DNA of 62,614 bases, counting the filler, from Sluysia triapertura (lineage: Eukaryota): the NCBI GenBank assembly GCA_046118255.1. It is 5 parts of 5 records of this genome, joined end to end, with 100 filler letters (N's around TTAATTAATTAA, not from the genome) between each part and the next. Parts side by side here need not be neighbours in the genome. Positions count along the whole stretch, not along the records: positions 13,536 to 25,198 come from JBJNIA010182347.1; positions 25,299 to 37,012 come from JBJNIA010177586.1; 3 more parts are not named here. The stretch is one strand, 5' to 3'. Below the pieces are notes generated by a model. That model did not search any database. It was not told where the DNA came from and saw only the letters and a list, made by a program, of their open reading frames with translations. Within the stretch, counting starts at the first letter, position 1. Every line of letters begins with the position of its first letter. Shown here piece after piece: positions 13,436 to 26,683 of the stretch. The translations under genes and the position numbers were made by a program.

Positions 13436-13535
13436 NNNNNNNNNNNNNNNNNNNNNNNNNNNNNNNNNNNNNNNNNNNNTTAATTAATTAANNNNNNNNN
13501 NNNNNNNNNNNNNNNNNNNNNNNNNNNNNNNNNNN
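13436..13535. other. Artificial contig spacer N44-TTAATTAATTAA-N44
   Basis: Identical 100-nt construct occurs four times; the 12-mer gives stops in all six frames. Confidence 0.95.
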
Positions 13536-14464
13536 AACCAGCAACTGTTTAGTGAAAACCTCCATTTTAATTTTTGCTCAATATTTATAAAATTTTGTAT
13601 TAATTAATTGTTTTAGTCAGCTTTGAGTCTTTTTTTTAGTAAAGACTCACCAAACTATTGGATCACTATTATTCCATCGATTTATTAAGTTTTATTGGTT
13701 TAAGATGTTCACGATTAAAATTCAGCTTAAATTCTTTTAATAATTTTTATTAGTGGAAAGTTTTAAATTAAAATCTATTATAAAACGATTAAAGATCTTA
13801 CTTTGTTTAATTACTTATAATATCTAAGTTTTATCGTCGATATTTATTCATCGATGTTTATAAAATTATAAACATAGAAATACAAATTATATATTAAAAT
13901 AAATTTTTTAACATAAAATTACAAATGACATTTATTATATAATATTGATTTACAAATATTTCCAATTGTTCTTATTTTGCTGTCATTTAAGACATCATAA
14001 TAATATAAATTTAGATTTTAAAGTGATAAAGTTAAAAAGGCATTTTAGAAAAGTAACGATTGGATTAATGATTATAATAACAAATAATTAAATGTAAGAT
14101 ACGAACCTTTTTCATTGGCTAATGACTACTTTATATTACACGAGTGCATGTATACTCTTTATTGAATTAAAATTTTGATGAATACAAAGTACTCTTTCTT
14201 CTGCTCAAACAAGTCTAGGTTATAAAGTCTACTAAAATCATTTTTGTGATTTATTAATGTTATTGTCATTATGTTAAAATTATTGTTATATTATTTAAGA
14301 TTATTATTGTTTACAATTTATTATTACGAAAATGTTTCAAATTATTATTATTATTATTATTCTTTTTATTTTGTTTTTTTTAATATTTAATATTTTTGGT
14401 ATTAGCCCAACATTTTCGACATTATTTTTATTAATTCATTTTTGCTTTTTAATGTAATAATGTA

Positions 14465-14765
14465 CAATGGCGGCCAAAGACCATTTTTGTGATAAAATTC
14501 AACATTTCCCAAGGATACTATGAAACTACTAATCAAAAGTTGGATGATTCACAATTTATGACACAAGGTGGTCTTGTCATACAAAACTTGAAAGGACGAC
14601 TTGTCACTAAAATACACTTGACTACAGTCATCCTAGCACGTGCCAACCTTTCACTGATCATCCCTGGTGTCAATTTAGACTTTCATCTAGGTAGTCTCGT
14701 TTGCAAACCATTGTGTCTACAAGTCTGTAAGTCTCTAACTGCTTCTGCAAAGTCATACTCGTAGC
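14465..14765 (-). mobile_element. Tc1-like transposon remnant
   Basis: Minus-strand translation with stops and frameshifts: GLQTRLPR*KSKLTPGMISERLARA and DCSQVYFSDKSSFQV (compare the Tc1 FSDES motif). TA|CAATGGCGGCCAAAG Tc1-like terminus at 14463-14479. Second TIR not found. Confidence 0.7.
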
Positions 14766-16310
14766 TTTACGATTCATAGTAGAAATTTTCACCAATTATC
14801 TATCATTTTATCAACGACCAAAAAAACTGTAATTATAAAATATTTCCAAAGTATTTCAACTTTCAACAAAGTATACTAAACGTATCCAGAATTTATTTCC
14901 AAAAATTTAAATTTTTTCGATTTACTACTTAATAATTAAATAATAAAAATATTTCTCATTAATAATATTGTCGATTTATTTTCGATTTGGTAATTAATAA
15001 GTCGTTTTCCCCGTTATTTTCAAAGATCGAAATCTATATAAACATAATTATATCATAAATAAGAGTTTCGTAAAACAAAAAAAAATTAATTTTTTAAAGT
15101 AGCACACACTCACAAAATTATAATGAATAATTACAATAAAATGTTGCGTATTTATTATGACAAACACATTTCTTTTCAATGCACACACAATATATTTATG
15201 AAAATATTACATAAATAATATATAGTGTAATTTGGATAATTGCACTTAGTATATATTTATAAAAAGAATCATTTTTCATATAGCTAAATAAATTAAGGTA
15301 TAATGTATATATAATTAATTTTATATGTACTATTTTCATCATTTGTGTTTCAAAAGTAATATATTTATTTTATTATATTTTTATATTTCACTTTCAACCT
15401 TGAAATATGATTTTGTTTTAAGAAACAATACCACCATTTTAAATTGAAATTAATTATTTGTTTCTGCGAAAAAGAGTCATTTAATAATAACTAAAGAAAT
15501 ATTCAGAATTATTAACCGTAACGGTAATTAAATAATCAACTTTAGTATTTTATTTAAGTTTCTTTAAGATAGTGTTCAAAGATGACTTCTTAGACAATGG
15601 AGTAATAGCGTTTATTGTGAAAATTAAAAATGAGATAATTAGATAAACTTATTGTTATATAAATTATTATTAATACATATTTATACTCATACATATATGT
15701 GGGTGCAGAGAGAAAGAGAAAGATAATGAGACAAAAATACAATAAAATATCATTATAATTCAAGCGACCAACATGATATAAGAAGCTTATTGGAGAAAAT
15801 ATTATTGTTAATAATTAATTTTTTAATATGCAAATGTAATCAATGTGATTTGTAACAATTAATCACATTAAATTTTTGTTAATAAAATGGCAAATCATTT
15901 TGTTGTTTTAAATTTAAATTATTTGGTAATAATTTTTAAAGTTTCATTTTGTCATTCAATTAATGTTTCACCAATATTTTCATTGTTTAAAAGTAGATTT
16001 ATTAACATTTTATGATCAAGTGTTTTTAGTCACATTTCCATTGGTTTACAAATATTCGAAATGTGCCATATATTTCATTTAAGTAGTGTTGGGGTAAAAG
16101 GTTTAATGTGCCATTTAGTAAAATTGACTATAATAAAATAAAATTGTTAGATAGCTTAGTGGGTAGAGTATCATCATCACCATAATCATCGCGAGTACAA
16201 ATATTCAATAATTCAAATACTTTAATTTTATTTACAGCTGTGATTTGTCGCTCAGTTTCTCACAACTAATTGTCAGTGTACAGGAATAACATTTGGTACT
16301 ACTTTTTTAA

Positions 16311-16592
16311 CCCCTTCGCTCTTTATTCCAGAGCATAAAATCCCGTATATATATGGACCGAAATAATCAAACGAAAAAACAAGTGTAATCTTCGTAATAT
16401 TTATAAAACGACGTCGGACATATCTTTGTAAACTACTTTTGTTATTATTTAATATTACATTGTATGTTTTAATACCTTGTTTGTCTAGTTTTATTTGTTT
16501 TTCTATTAGAAAAAATGTCTTCGCGTTTTCACTAATAAAAAAATAGCCAGTTTTCGACCATACACTTGAAAAATAAATAAACAGGGAAGGTA
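16311..16592. mobile_element. piggyBac-like MITE
   Basis: TTAA on both sides (16307-16310, 16593-16596). Imperfect TIRs ccccttcgctctttatt versus reverse complement taccttccctgtttatt (13/17). Confidence 0.55.
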
Positions 16593-17726
16593 TTAACACG
16601 TTGAATGCCATAGGATCACCGGTGACCGGCGAAGCCAAGATTATTAGAAATACAAACTGAGAAATTCATTTTGGAAACCTAAAACCCCGATACTACACCA
16701 ATGCATTAATAAGTAGCACTTTTTCCATATTTAAAAATTTGCTCCGTTATGCGATTTGTTAACAATTTTTTAAATTAATCGGAAATGGTATGCTTGATTT
16801 GTTTCACATGTTTCCATTATTTTGCAACGTCTGCAATTTTTGCAATATTTTTTTTGATTTACTTTTCTTCAAAATTTTCCCTCTTTTGTGGTTAATTTAT
16901 CCCTGTTACATATAGATTGATTATTGCACGAATTAATTTAGTTAATGAATTTACTGGTTAAATTTACATACTAAAAATACGATCCTACAGAGCATTGTCT
17001 TTATCACAATCAGTAAATCTTTCCAAGTCAATTTAGATAAGAAAAATAAATTAATTAAAACTAATTGTTTATTAAAAAATAACTACAATTTTATGATATA
17101 GTATACTTCTTAGTAAATATAATTAATAATTATAATAAAAGTGATGCAGTTATAAATTAAGTTATAAATGATTCAAATGTTCATTTTCTTGTTTGGTTGG
17201 TTGCTGATCTGCGCAAGTGTAAGGCTTTATATCCGTTACTAAGCAATTGATAAAAGAGGAATTAGTAGTTGTTGAGGTAGCAGTTGCTGTAGTAACTGAA
17301 ATATGATTGTTAACAACTTCGTTTTCTGGTAGTATATAAAATGACGAAGTTTGTTGATAGTGATGGTGATAATGGTGATGATGATTCTTATGATTATTGT
17401 TACGATGATAATGTGTATGATTGTTATGATTCATAAGTCCTATTCGTGATGCTATGTTGTAAAATAATGGATAATGATTATTGTTTAATGTTGAATTCTG
17501 ATTGGTTGAAATGAGTAATAAAGGACTAGGAGATTGAATAAAGGAGTTATTGATGGATTTGGATCGAGTGAAGATTTTCTAATACAGGCTGACTTGTATT
17601 GTGATATTGATGTTGCTGATGCTGTCTGTGATAATTTGAGTATTCATGCACACATGGATTTTCTTCAACCATTTCAACAGTTTCATCTAAATCATTTTCT
17701 TCTAATATATTAAACCTATCTCCAGG

Positions 17727-18658
17727 TTATTTTATATTTACATCAACATCAAGACTTGTAATAAGAGCTATCGACCGATACGATTGATGAAGTTCGCAAA
17801 GTTTCTTACCCAACTGAGCTCTGTGCGTTATACGATGACTCGGAATCTGAAGCATAAGTGACAGAACATTTGAATCTAAATCATTACCTAATATTAAAAT
17901 AGCACCATGAAGTCCACTATCCTTCAAATTAACTGTATATTCTTTTAATCCGATTTCATTTAACCATTTTATAACTCGATCGTGTGTCCAAACAATTACA
18001 TCTACGTAATCTGCTTGATAGGCTTCACGTCGTTTTTTCTAATTCAGTTTTGTTGTAATTGAGTTTTCGTAAAAAACAAATTCCATGTTGTAAACTGCTT
18101 CTGTGAAAGAAATCGTGAAATTTTAAATGAACTCGTAAATCTTTCTTAGTTAAATGTTCTAACACTCGAGCATCAACAAGGTTTTCCATAAAGCTTGATC
18201 TATATTGACCTAATCCGAGACTTGGTAACCACTGCTGCCGAACCCATTCATGATCCAATTCACCATGGATAAATGGACTGTGCGAAATTATTTGACCAGT
18301 ACTAGTTCGAGCACTATGTTGTTGCTGTCCCATTTGAGTAACTTGAACCATTTCGTGAATTGCCAACCGCAATTTTAAGCGATGTAAAGGATTACTTATT
18401 CAAATTTCATGTTGAATTTCTTGATCACTTAATGATGCCATTATATGGCCTGATTTCACATTAGCACGACAAGCAGCCACATACCAAGCTGGCTGCTAAC
18501 CAAGCAACAATTGTAGGATCATTCCAAAACGTAAAAGATGTTTTTGCATGCATCGCTTCTACTAATAATTCTTTTTTCTTTCTTCGTTTTTCTTCTGTCT
18601 GCTTTCCAAGAATGTAATAATTTAAGGAAACGTTATCTGTATTATTGTTAGTCATCAT
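17727..18658 (-). pseudogene. PPFIA: Liprin-alpha (SYD-2/PPFIA) triple-SAM region, intronless and disabled
   Basis: [86 protein letters not shown] and LKDSGLHGA are liprin-alpha SAM1-3 motifs. Lesions: deletion/frameshift near 18495, TGA in place of Gly at 18400-18402, extra base in the 6-nt homopolymer at 18033-18038. Low-complexity coding-like sequence may extend it to about 17160-19060. Confidence 0.9.
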
Positions 18659-19137
18659 ACGTGATAATCACGTGATAATTGTTGCAACAAAGCAAGCATA
18701 CTGGTTACTGGTAATTTAGATTCTTTATTAGGCACAACCAATAATATGAGACATGGTTTTTCTACCTTTGTCAAAGTTTTAATAAGGCCAAATAAGTTTA
18801 TCGTTCGTTAATTCACCATTTCGTGATTGCAGAATTATTTTGCATTTAAAACGTTACACAGATTTTCTTCGTTTGATTAGTTCAGATTTTGTGGAGAGTT
18901 CAATTTAGGGTCATTGTTCAATAAACCCTGAAATTGATTGTGAAGCGAGTATGATGATGAGGACGAATGCGACAATGATGATAAAGATGCTAAAGAATTC
19001 GTAAATTGAGGTTGTGTTTGTTGTTGCGCTGGTAGAGGTGGAAGAGAATTAATGATAAAAAAATGAAGAAAAACAAAAAGAATAGAAGGATAGATTAGTA
19101 ATAAGGATAAAAGAAATAATAATAATAATAACAATTA

Positions 19138-21273
19138 TGTGGTTATTATGTTGAAATATTTATGTTGAAATTTATTATGAAATTTTATTATGAAAATTAT
19201 TATAAAAGTTATAAGAGTTATTATTTGGTATTTATATTATATAACAATAATGACTATAATTATTACATATATTTTAATGCGATCTGAATTGTAATAATAA
19301 TAGCGATAGTTCATGATGATTAGATGTGATGGTCATGTTTGTTTTTGAATGAGTTTAGTAGTTTGTTTAATAGTCTGTGTACATATGGAGTGCCTGTATG
19401 TGATGAAATGTGATGGATTTTATGTGATGAATTCCCTACAATTTGTTTGGATAACTTTATATGTTTCGAACTTAACTATTCCCATGCTTAGCGCTGATTG
19501 CTTTGTTCCACAGTTTATTCTAAAAGAATCAACATATGCGATGAATTTCATATATCGTTCTAATATATTGTTAAAGTTGATAGAAATGTCCTAACAGTTG
19601 TCAATAGCTGAATCCACTCGATCCCCAGGAAACGATAGAATGAAATTTTTGTGAAACAATTTATCAATTATGAAGGAATTTGTAAGTGATTCTAAATTTG
19701 TTGAAGTTATATAGCCAAACGTTTTGGTTAGAAACATTTGATATAAACACATTTGTTCAGACGTGTGAGATTTCTTAGACTTCACATAACAAGTTGATGT
19801 ACATCTATTCATTAAGCCAAAACTAATTTTACAACTGAAACATTCCCTTCAATAATTGATGTTGTAATTCCTTCTTCTTTGGCAACTTTGTAGAGATAAT
19901 GACCATCTTCTTTTTCCTTACAAACATGTTCCTTCTAACTGAAATGTAAACATTACTTCTTCGTCTTTTCCATCATTATTGAAGTAAATTAAATCTGAGG
20001 AACAAGTTGCGAGAAAACCATTTACTTTCATACAAGTATTTACTGATTTTAACTCGAAATAATCGTTATAGTCCTCTAGTGAACTTATTCCACATGTTAG
20101 CTTTTGTCAAATTTTTTATTATCATAAAAATTTTTAATAATAATCTTTGTTGATTCACTTTCTGTATCTGAGTGGCTGCCTAATCAAAACGCAAAAAGTA
20201 GATGACGTGAATGGCTTTAATTGGACAGTCATCCAAACACTGAGAAACAAAGATAGTAAATACATGTCATGAACTGTCATCAGTCGACAGTTAGTAAAAT
20301 AACTGATTTAAATGATTTTAGATGGCAGGTTACTAATATGAAAATTTTTATGAATGCAGCAAATAGAGCCACTATCAGTAGTGACAATAAATTGTGATTG
20401 TAAATCAATAATAATACAAATAAATAACAAATTAGTGTATGAATAAAATAAAATAAAATTGCTAATTAATTTAAAAAACATAAATTCTTTATTTCTTTAT
20501 GCTGAGAATACAATGTTTTTATTTATTTCTTTAGTTTCTTAACATATTAAAATTCTTGAGTTCTTCTATTTTTATTTCTTACGTATTTAAATTATCTTAA
20601 TATAGCTGATTTTCTTAGTGTGGATGAGAATTGAAGAAATGTGACCTAGTCGAATTTCTTAGGTTGCTTATAGGGCATATGTTGTGGTTCTTAGGTTATG
20701 TGTTGTGAATGAACTGTTTATATATAAGCTTTTATTAATCAGGTGTTACATCTGAAAGTGCCAGTGATTTCTGTGTGGTTATAATATGGATTTGAGAAGT
20801 TTTGAATTATTTTGAAGATGTAATTGTAATTCTGGTGTTGTGAGATGATGAATGAAATGTGTTAACTGGGTTTTAATATGTATTAATGATCTGAAATTGA
20901 ATGTAATTTTAATATTGTAAGGTATAAACTGGAAGTGTTTTATATGAATTTTTAAATAAAATTTGACGCTTTTGGAAGAAAGTAAGGTTTGGATGTGGAG
21001 ATTGGAACTTGAAAGTGCATTGAATTCGTTTTAAATTTATATCTGATGGTTTTTAAGATGTAAATTGTAGTTCTAATGTTGTGAGATTGAGTTAAAATGT
21101 CCTAAATGAAATTGAAATGTGTTTAATGAATTTAAATGCTAATCGATGTAATTATGGTTATGAGTGAAATGTTTTTAATGAACCTTTAAAATGTTTATTG
21201 CAGATTCCGAAGGTGAATGTAGTTTATGTGATGGCTTAATAAAATTTGTAACAGTAATAGGTTGGTCACCACA
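19138..21273 (-). mobile_element. Family B copy 3, apparently complete (2.14 kb)
   Basis: Termini TGTGGT (19138) and ACCACA (21273); flanks ATTA/CTTA (3/4). On the minus strand: G-poor leader, ATT tract, hairpins 20274-20328 and 20174-20230, then a decayed ORF (e.g. 19591-19812). Confidence 0.65.
20174..20328 (-). ncRNA. Two-hairpin structured module, copy 3 (more degenerate)
   Basis: Minus strand: HP1 ctgccatc...gatgacag; HP2 ctgtccaattaaagc/gttttgattaggcag, which pairs through several G-U only on this strand. Confidence 0.45.
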
Positions 21274-22883
21274 CTTACATTAAAATTAGAATGTCCAAAA
21301 ATATTAATCATATTAAAATTAAACGTTCAGATATTTATTTATTTTGATTTAATTTAACTGCTGTTTACAAAATCGTATATATTCAAATGATCAGACAGAC
21401 ATTTAAAATGATTAGTTGACAAAATGAATAAAATTAGAAAAGAACGAATGAAAGCAATTAAAAGAAATGACAAGAATAAAACATTAAAACAATATTATTG
21501 TTATTATTATATGCCAAAGGTTTTAAAATGAAATAAATTTTGTGTGAGTAAAGAAGTGAGATTGGACAATGTCACTATTTTTGTAAAAGGTAAGTTAGTT
21601 TGGGTTTTAGTAATAACGAATAATTATTGATGTAATTGGAATAAATTACTTCGAAGTTTTCCTTATTTATTTTTATTTTGTGTTAATGGAGGGTATAAAC
21701 TTTAATTTATGGGATGGAACACTAGATTCACAAATATCGAATTAATATCATTCAATCCGCAACAAATAATTTCTCTCATCATCATCATTCTCGTCTCTTT
21801 TGCAAGATTTTCTACTTTTGTGTAACTAGTTGGGTCTTTTGGATCGAACCATATATCTATCGACTTTGTCTTTGTCTTCCTTTTTGATTATCTATCACAA
21901 CAATCCGATTTTCTACTGAAATTTATCTTAGGTTAACTAAATAATGCTGAACCCACATTTAACATTAATATTTAATTATTTTGTTTATCCGAGTTCACGA
22001 CTTATTAATCAACCACCAAGTGATTTCACCAAAAAATCCACCTTTGTGTTCGTAAATTACTTGTCTTTTAGAATTTAGACCTTTTGCATTTTTTCAATGA
22101 ATAAATGGATTTTTATATTTTTATAATATTTGTTTCTTTTTACATTCATTAACATTTAATTTACCAACAGTTATTTGTATCACTATAAAAATTAAATAAT
22201 CACTTACAAATGAAGGAAATGATTTTAAAATTGTGGGTCTGTAAGAGTTTTGTACTTTTAATAATGCTATAAAGATTGCTAAACCAAATTCAAATTTTAT
22301 CTTTTTTATTTTGCTGCAACAATGTCTAAATTAATTGTTTCATTTGTTAGATTTTATTAGGTTTATTAACCACAACTTTTTAAAATTAATTCATAATTAA
22401 TTAATATCTTATTTCGTACATTGTTTATAATAAGTGATACCTTTGAGATTAAAAATATCGGTTTATATATAACACTCACTCTAACCATTGAAAAACAATC
22501 TATATCAATCCGTTATAAATGCGCATGAGTAAATCAGTAAACCTGATACCCATCTCCTCAGGGAAATGAATGTGGTTTAGCGTGAATATATATGTAAAGC
22601 TTCTTTTATTTCCCTGCCTTCTACCATTTCTCCACCCCTACCTATGAAAAAAATCATGAAATCCCTCCAAATGAAGCATTTGGCAAGTGACTTAAAGCAA
22701 CGTAGGATTCTTTTAGCAAGGAACTCGGTACTTTCGAGGAGCTAAACATTGGAAAGAACCCGAATGTATGACCCAAGTTTTTAATTCTGATTCAGAATGA
22801 AGTTGTTCCTGCAGCTGTAAAAAATAATTGAAAGAAAATAGCTTTTTAAAAAAACTATCAAAAATTTATTAGATGTGTATTTC

Positions 22884-24839
22884 TATTGAGTCTTTAAAAA
22901 TTAATAGCTATGATAACTCAATATTCTCTTGATCAGCTTAAAAGAATCTTAACAATATAAGTTGACACTATATCAAGTATAATGTTGCAGTAATTCTCTT
23001 ACTTAATATTAATAAATATTCACCCAAAATTAAGCTCTTAAAAATCAAATCAAAAATAAGGCAATAATTTATTATTAAACAAAAATCAAATTAGAATTTA
23101 TTGTTATTAGTATGACTTTCCATCAAGCAAAACCAAAAATAACTAAAATGACAAAATCAACAATAGCGTTTATAATAATATTAAAAATACTACAATCTAA
23201 CTGAAAAATCAGGAGTGATGACGCAATAAACACAAAAATATGATTATCCAGAAAGTTTAAAATAGTAATAATAATTAAATATTTTAAAAATAAACTGGTC
23301 AGAGTGTCTCCCAAGAAGTTAATTTAAAATCGCTAAAAATCAAATAATTAATTCAAAATATTTCAAAAATAAACTAAATTACTTAAAAAATGACTGAAAG
23401 TAAAATCAAACAACTTACAATAAAAGTAGCAAATATTAATTTATATTAAAATTATCTTTCCTTTAATAAAATCAAAAATAAAGTTAAAATAAAATAAATT
23501 AATTTTAAAATAATAAAATAACAAAATAAGAAATAAACAAGAAAATTATCCTATGCATGGATCTTCACTGGATAATTACATAATTGTGTCATTGTTGTTA
23601 TTGAGATAAAGATTTAGAAATCCTTACTTTATATTCCCTCATCATCCAATCATTTCCCAGTCTCACAACCAAACATTCTCTCACAGAAATAATCCAAACT
23701 TCTTTGAGAATCAGACCGATAATAGCAACTTTGACAATTACATGGCACGGTGTGTCAAACTTAATTAGGTACAAAATATAGAAATCTGATTTATTATCAT
23801 CCATCATTTCTTTTTACTCTACTCAATCTATTTTTACTTAAATTACTATTAAATCTATTAAATCTATTAAAATAACTATCAACAATACTATTAAAATACA
23901 TAAAAACACGAATTTAATTTCACTTTCTATTATTTAATTAATTTTCCAATTTTCTAATGAAAAATGTTTTAAGGTTCTTATTCTCAAACAAACCATTTTA
24001 CAAACATTTCGAACTCACTTTCGTTGCAATCATTTCATATTCCATTCATCACATTTGCATCATTCTAAGTATTAAAAATTCAACATTCTATTATTAAAAA
24101 TTAATTAAAATTTGACTTTGCTCAATATTAAGGCTTTCCTTACATGAACTAGGTCAAACCATAACTTCATCGAAAGGTCTTTTCAAAACAAATACAAACA
24201 CAGTTTTAAATTAACGTAGCATTCCGCATTCAAAAGTTATTCGTACTTTTTTTTATTAAGTTAATTAAGACTTAATTAATTAATTTATATTTAGACTTAA
24301 TCTTATTCTATGTTTTGAGGTTTTAATAAGTTATTTAATAAGGCATTCAGGAGGCTCTAAGTGTTTTCACCTTCACCTCTCTGATTCCTTTTTCTACTTC
24401 TTTATGTTAATTATTACTATACTAGATTTATTCTTAATACTAATAACAGTGATTTTATTTCTCAACTATTTTAAAGATTTTAAACACTTTATAAGATTAC
24501 TAAAGGATCTCAAGTGATCATCGATGTTCCAAGATACTTAAATGATACTTAGGTCTTAAATGATTTAATGGTAATAAAGTTCAAAGGTATCTTAATGCTT
24601 CTAAAGCTTTTTCAAGTCAATCTCAAGCTTCCATAAGGTCTTAAACCCTAATATAGATCTTTGTAACATTAAGATATTCTTTAGCTGTTAAGATCATTAT
24701 AAATTTTTTCTGTTTCATGATTCTTATTCAAACAATGTTTACAATGTTCAATCCATCACTTCGTATCAGTTCTTCCTTGATTTTATAGTTCTATATGTTT
24801 CTCACTCATTTTCTGTTCTACAGTTTGGCAATCCCAACA
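22884..24839 (-). mobile_element. Family A copy 2: 1.96-kb solo-LTR-like element
   Basis: Ends ATCCCAACA (reverse complement TGTTGGGAT, as copy 1). Left end TATTGAG is a mutated TGTTGGG. Exact TTTC flanks at 22880-22883 and 24840-24843. Alignable to 2017-3806. Confidence 0.8.
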
Positions 24840-25099
24840 TTTCTCCAGGTAAAATTAAAGAAGTTTTACATTATTTCTACTATGGCCAGATCAATCATAA
24901 ACACAATCCAAGACATTTCTCATAGATAAAATCTTAAACGATCTAACACAAACAATATACATAAAACAGAAACAATTTTCACTACACTCTGTATGTAGAT
25001 AGATATAGTTACTATTTTGATTTATTTAGAACAAGGTGAAGAAGAAGCTTAATCAAAATAATTATTTTTAAATAATATGAAAGTTTAAAAATAGCTAAT

Positions 25100-25198
25100 A
25101 ATAACAATAATGGTAATAATAATGATAATAATAATGATAATAATAATGATAATAATAATGATAATAATGATGATAATAATAATGATAATAATAATGAT
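25100..25198. repeat. (AATAATAATGAT)n simple repeat at contig end
   Basis: Tandem 12-mer running into the gap. Confidence 0.9.
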
Positions 25199-25298
25199 NN
25201 NNNNNNNNNNNNNNNNNNNNNNNNNNNNNNNNNNNNNNNNNNTTAATTAATTAANNNNNNNNNNNNNNNNNNNNNNNNNNNNNNNNNNNNNNNNNNNN
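25199..25298. other. Artificial contig spacer
   Basis: N44-TTAATTAATTAA-N44. Confidence 0.95.

Positions 25299-25368
<70 letters not shown>
25299..25368. repeat. (ATT)n microsatellite at contig start
   Basis: Perfect run. Confidence 0.95.
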
Positions 25369-25372
<4 letters not shown>

Positions 25373-26410
25373 ATTATTATTACCACTATTATTTAAATCC
25401 CATATTGGTTTATATTTATGATTTTGCAATTAGTTTTGGGTCACTTTTTAAAAAATAGTAAGAAAGACAAAATTAAAAAATGAAAAATACGCATTTTTGC
25501 TTTGCAATTTAAATTGTTGTCTAATGACTTGTGGTTATTTGATGCAGAAATTTCAAATCATCTTGAATCCGCCAAATTGTATTAAATTATTTTTCATCGA
25601 AACTAAGTTCTTATACACGCGGATGTAAACGCTTTTCCGCGTTTTTGAAAAACAGATTATTGATTATACTGGTATGCACCTTGTCATGTTAGATGCACTT
25701 GTATGTATAAATGAAGCCGGAATTTCTGAGGAAAAGATAATTAATCAAAATAATTTTAAAGGATTTCGAAATTAGTGAGTTTACAATTATTACTTTGTTT
25801 ATGATTAAGTGCATGAATATTACTGAAACTTTTAACGAAATAAAAATGCTTTGGTCAATTGAAGATCTCGTGAGTTATTACGATTCGAGTTTCGATTTTA
25901 TATTAAGTATTCGAAGAATAGATAAAGAATACGTTCAACATGCTTTAAACTGTTTAACGATTGTTGGAAATTATTTACCGGATATTTAAGCAATCCATCA
26001 GTTTACTTTTTCGAAGAATTAGTTCGAAGTTTTAAATCTAATCTGTTCGCGGCAAATAATGACATTTTGCTTAATTGTAATTAATTATTATCAAGAGTAA
26101 TACGAATCAATTTGCTAACTGATGAATTCAAATCAAGGTTTATTTTTATTAAATGGAATAGGGTTTTGTTTTTGTTTTGTTCGTAATTTCATTTTATGTA
26201 ATGCTTTATTGTGCCTTAAGCTCTTTTTCGATAGTGTAATTTTAAAATTTAAATATAATTCCAATGTAAATTCAAATTAAATAAACTTTTCATATACTTT
26301 TATAAAGATTTGAATTTTACCTATAAACCTACACTAAATACTGTATGTATTACATGTACATAGTTAATAATGAAAATTCCGAATAGTAAGCGATGACTTG
26401 TGTATACGCA

Positions 26411-26551
26411 TCTGTGCACATCTTATTTGAAGTTACATCTTATTTGTGTCTGTGCACATCTTATTTGAAGTTACATCTTATTTGTGTCTGTGTACATCTT
26501 ATTTGAAGTTACATCTTATTTGTGTCTGTGTACATCTTATTTGAAGTTACA
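26411..26551. repeat. 38-bp minisatellite, about 3.7 copies
   Basis: Unit TCTGTG(C/T)ACATCTTATTTGAAGTTACATCTTATTTGTG at 26411, 26449, 26487 and 26525. Confidence 0.95.
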
Positions 26552-26683
26552 AGTCAATGTACCTTTCCATATAATTTTCAATAATTTTTTCCGATCTTTT
26601 GATGTTTCTAGCATCGATTAGCTTAACATATAAATGAATGATGAACAAATATTCATAAATTAATCAAAAGTAATTATTTTTAG

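Noticed and set aside
13480-13491. TTAATTAATTAA palindrome within N runs as a biological motif
   Set aside because: Identical inside four 100-nt gaps; it is an assembly linker.
22500-22820. GC-richer island with a minus-strand acceptor (LQEQLHSESELKTWVIH...)
   Set aside because: Frame closes after about 33 codons with no identifiable homology or partner exon.
26411-26551. CRISPR-like array (also considered for 38477-39080 and 53570-53975)
   Set aside because: Head-to-tail repeats without unique spacers, no cas genes, eukaryotic context.
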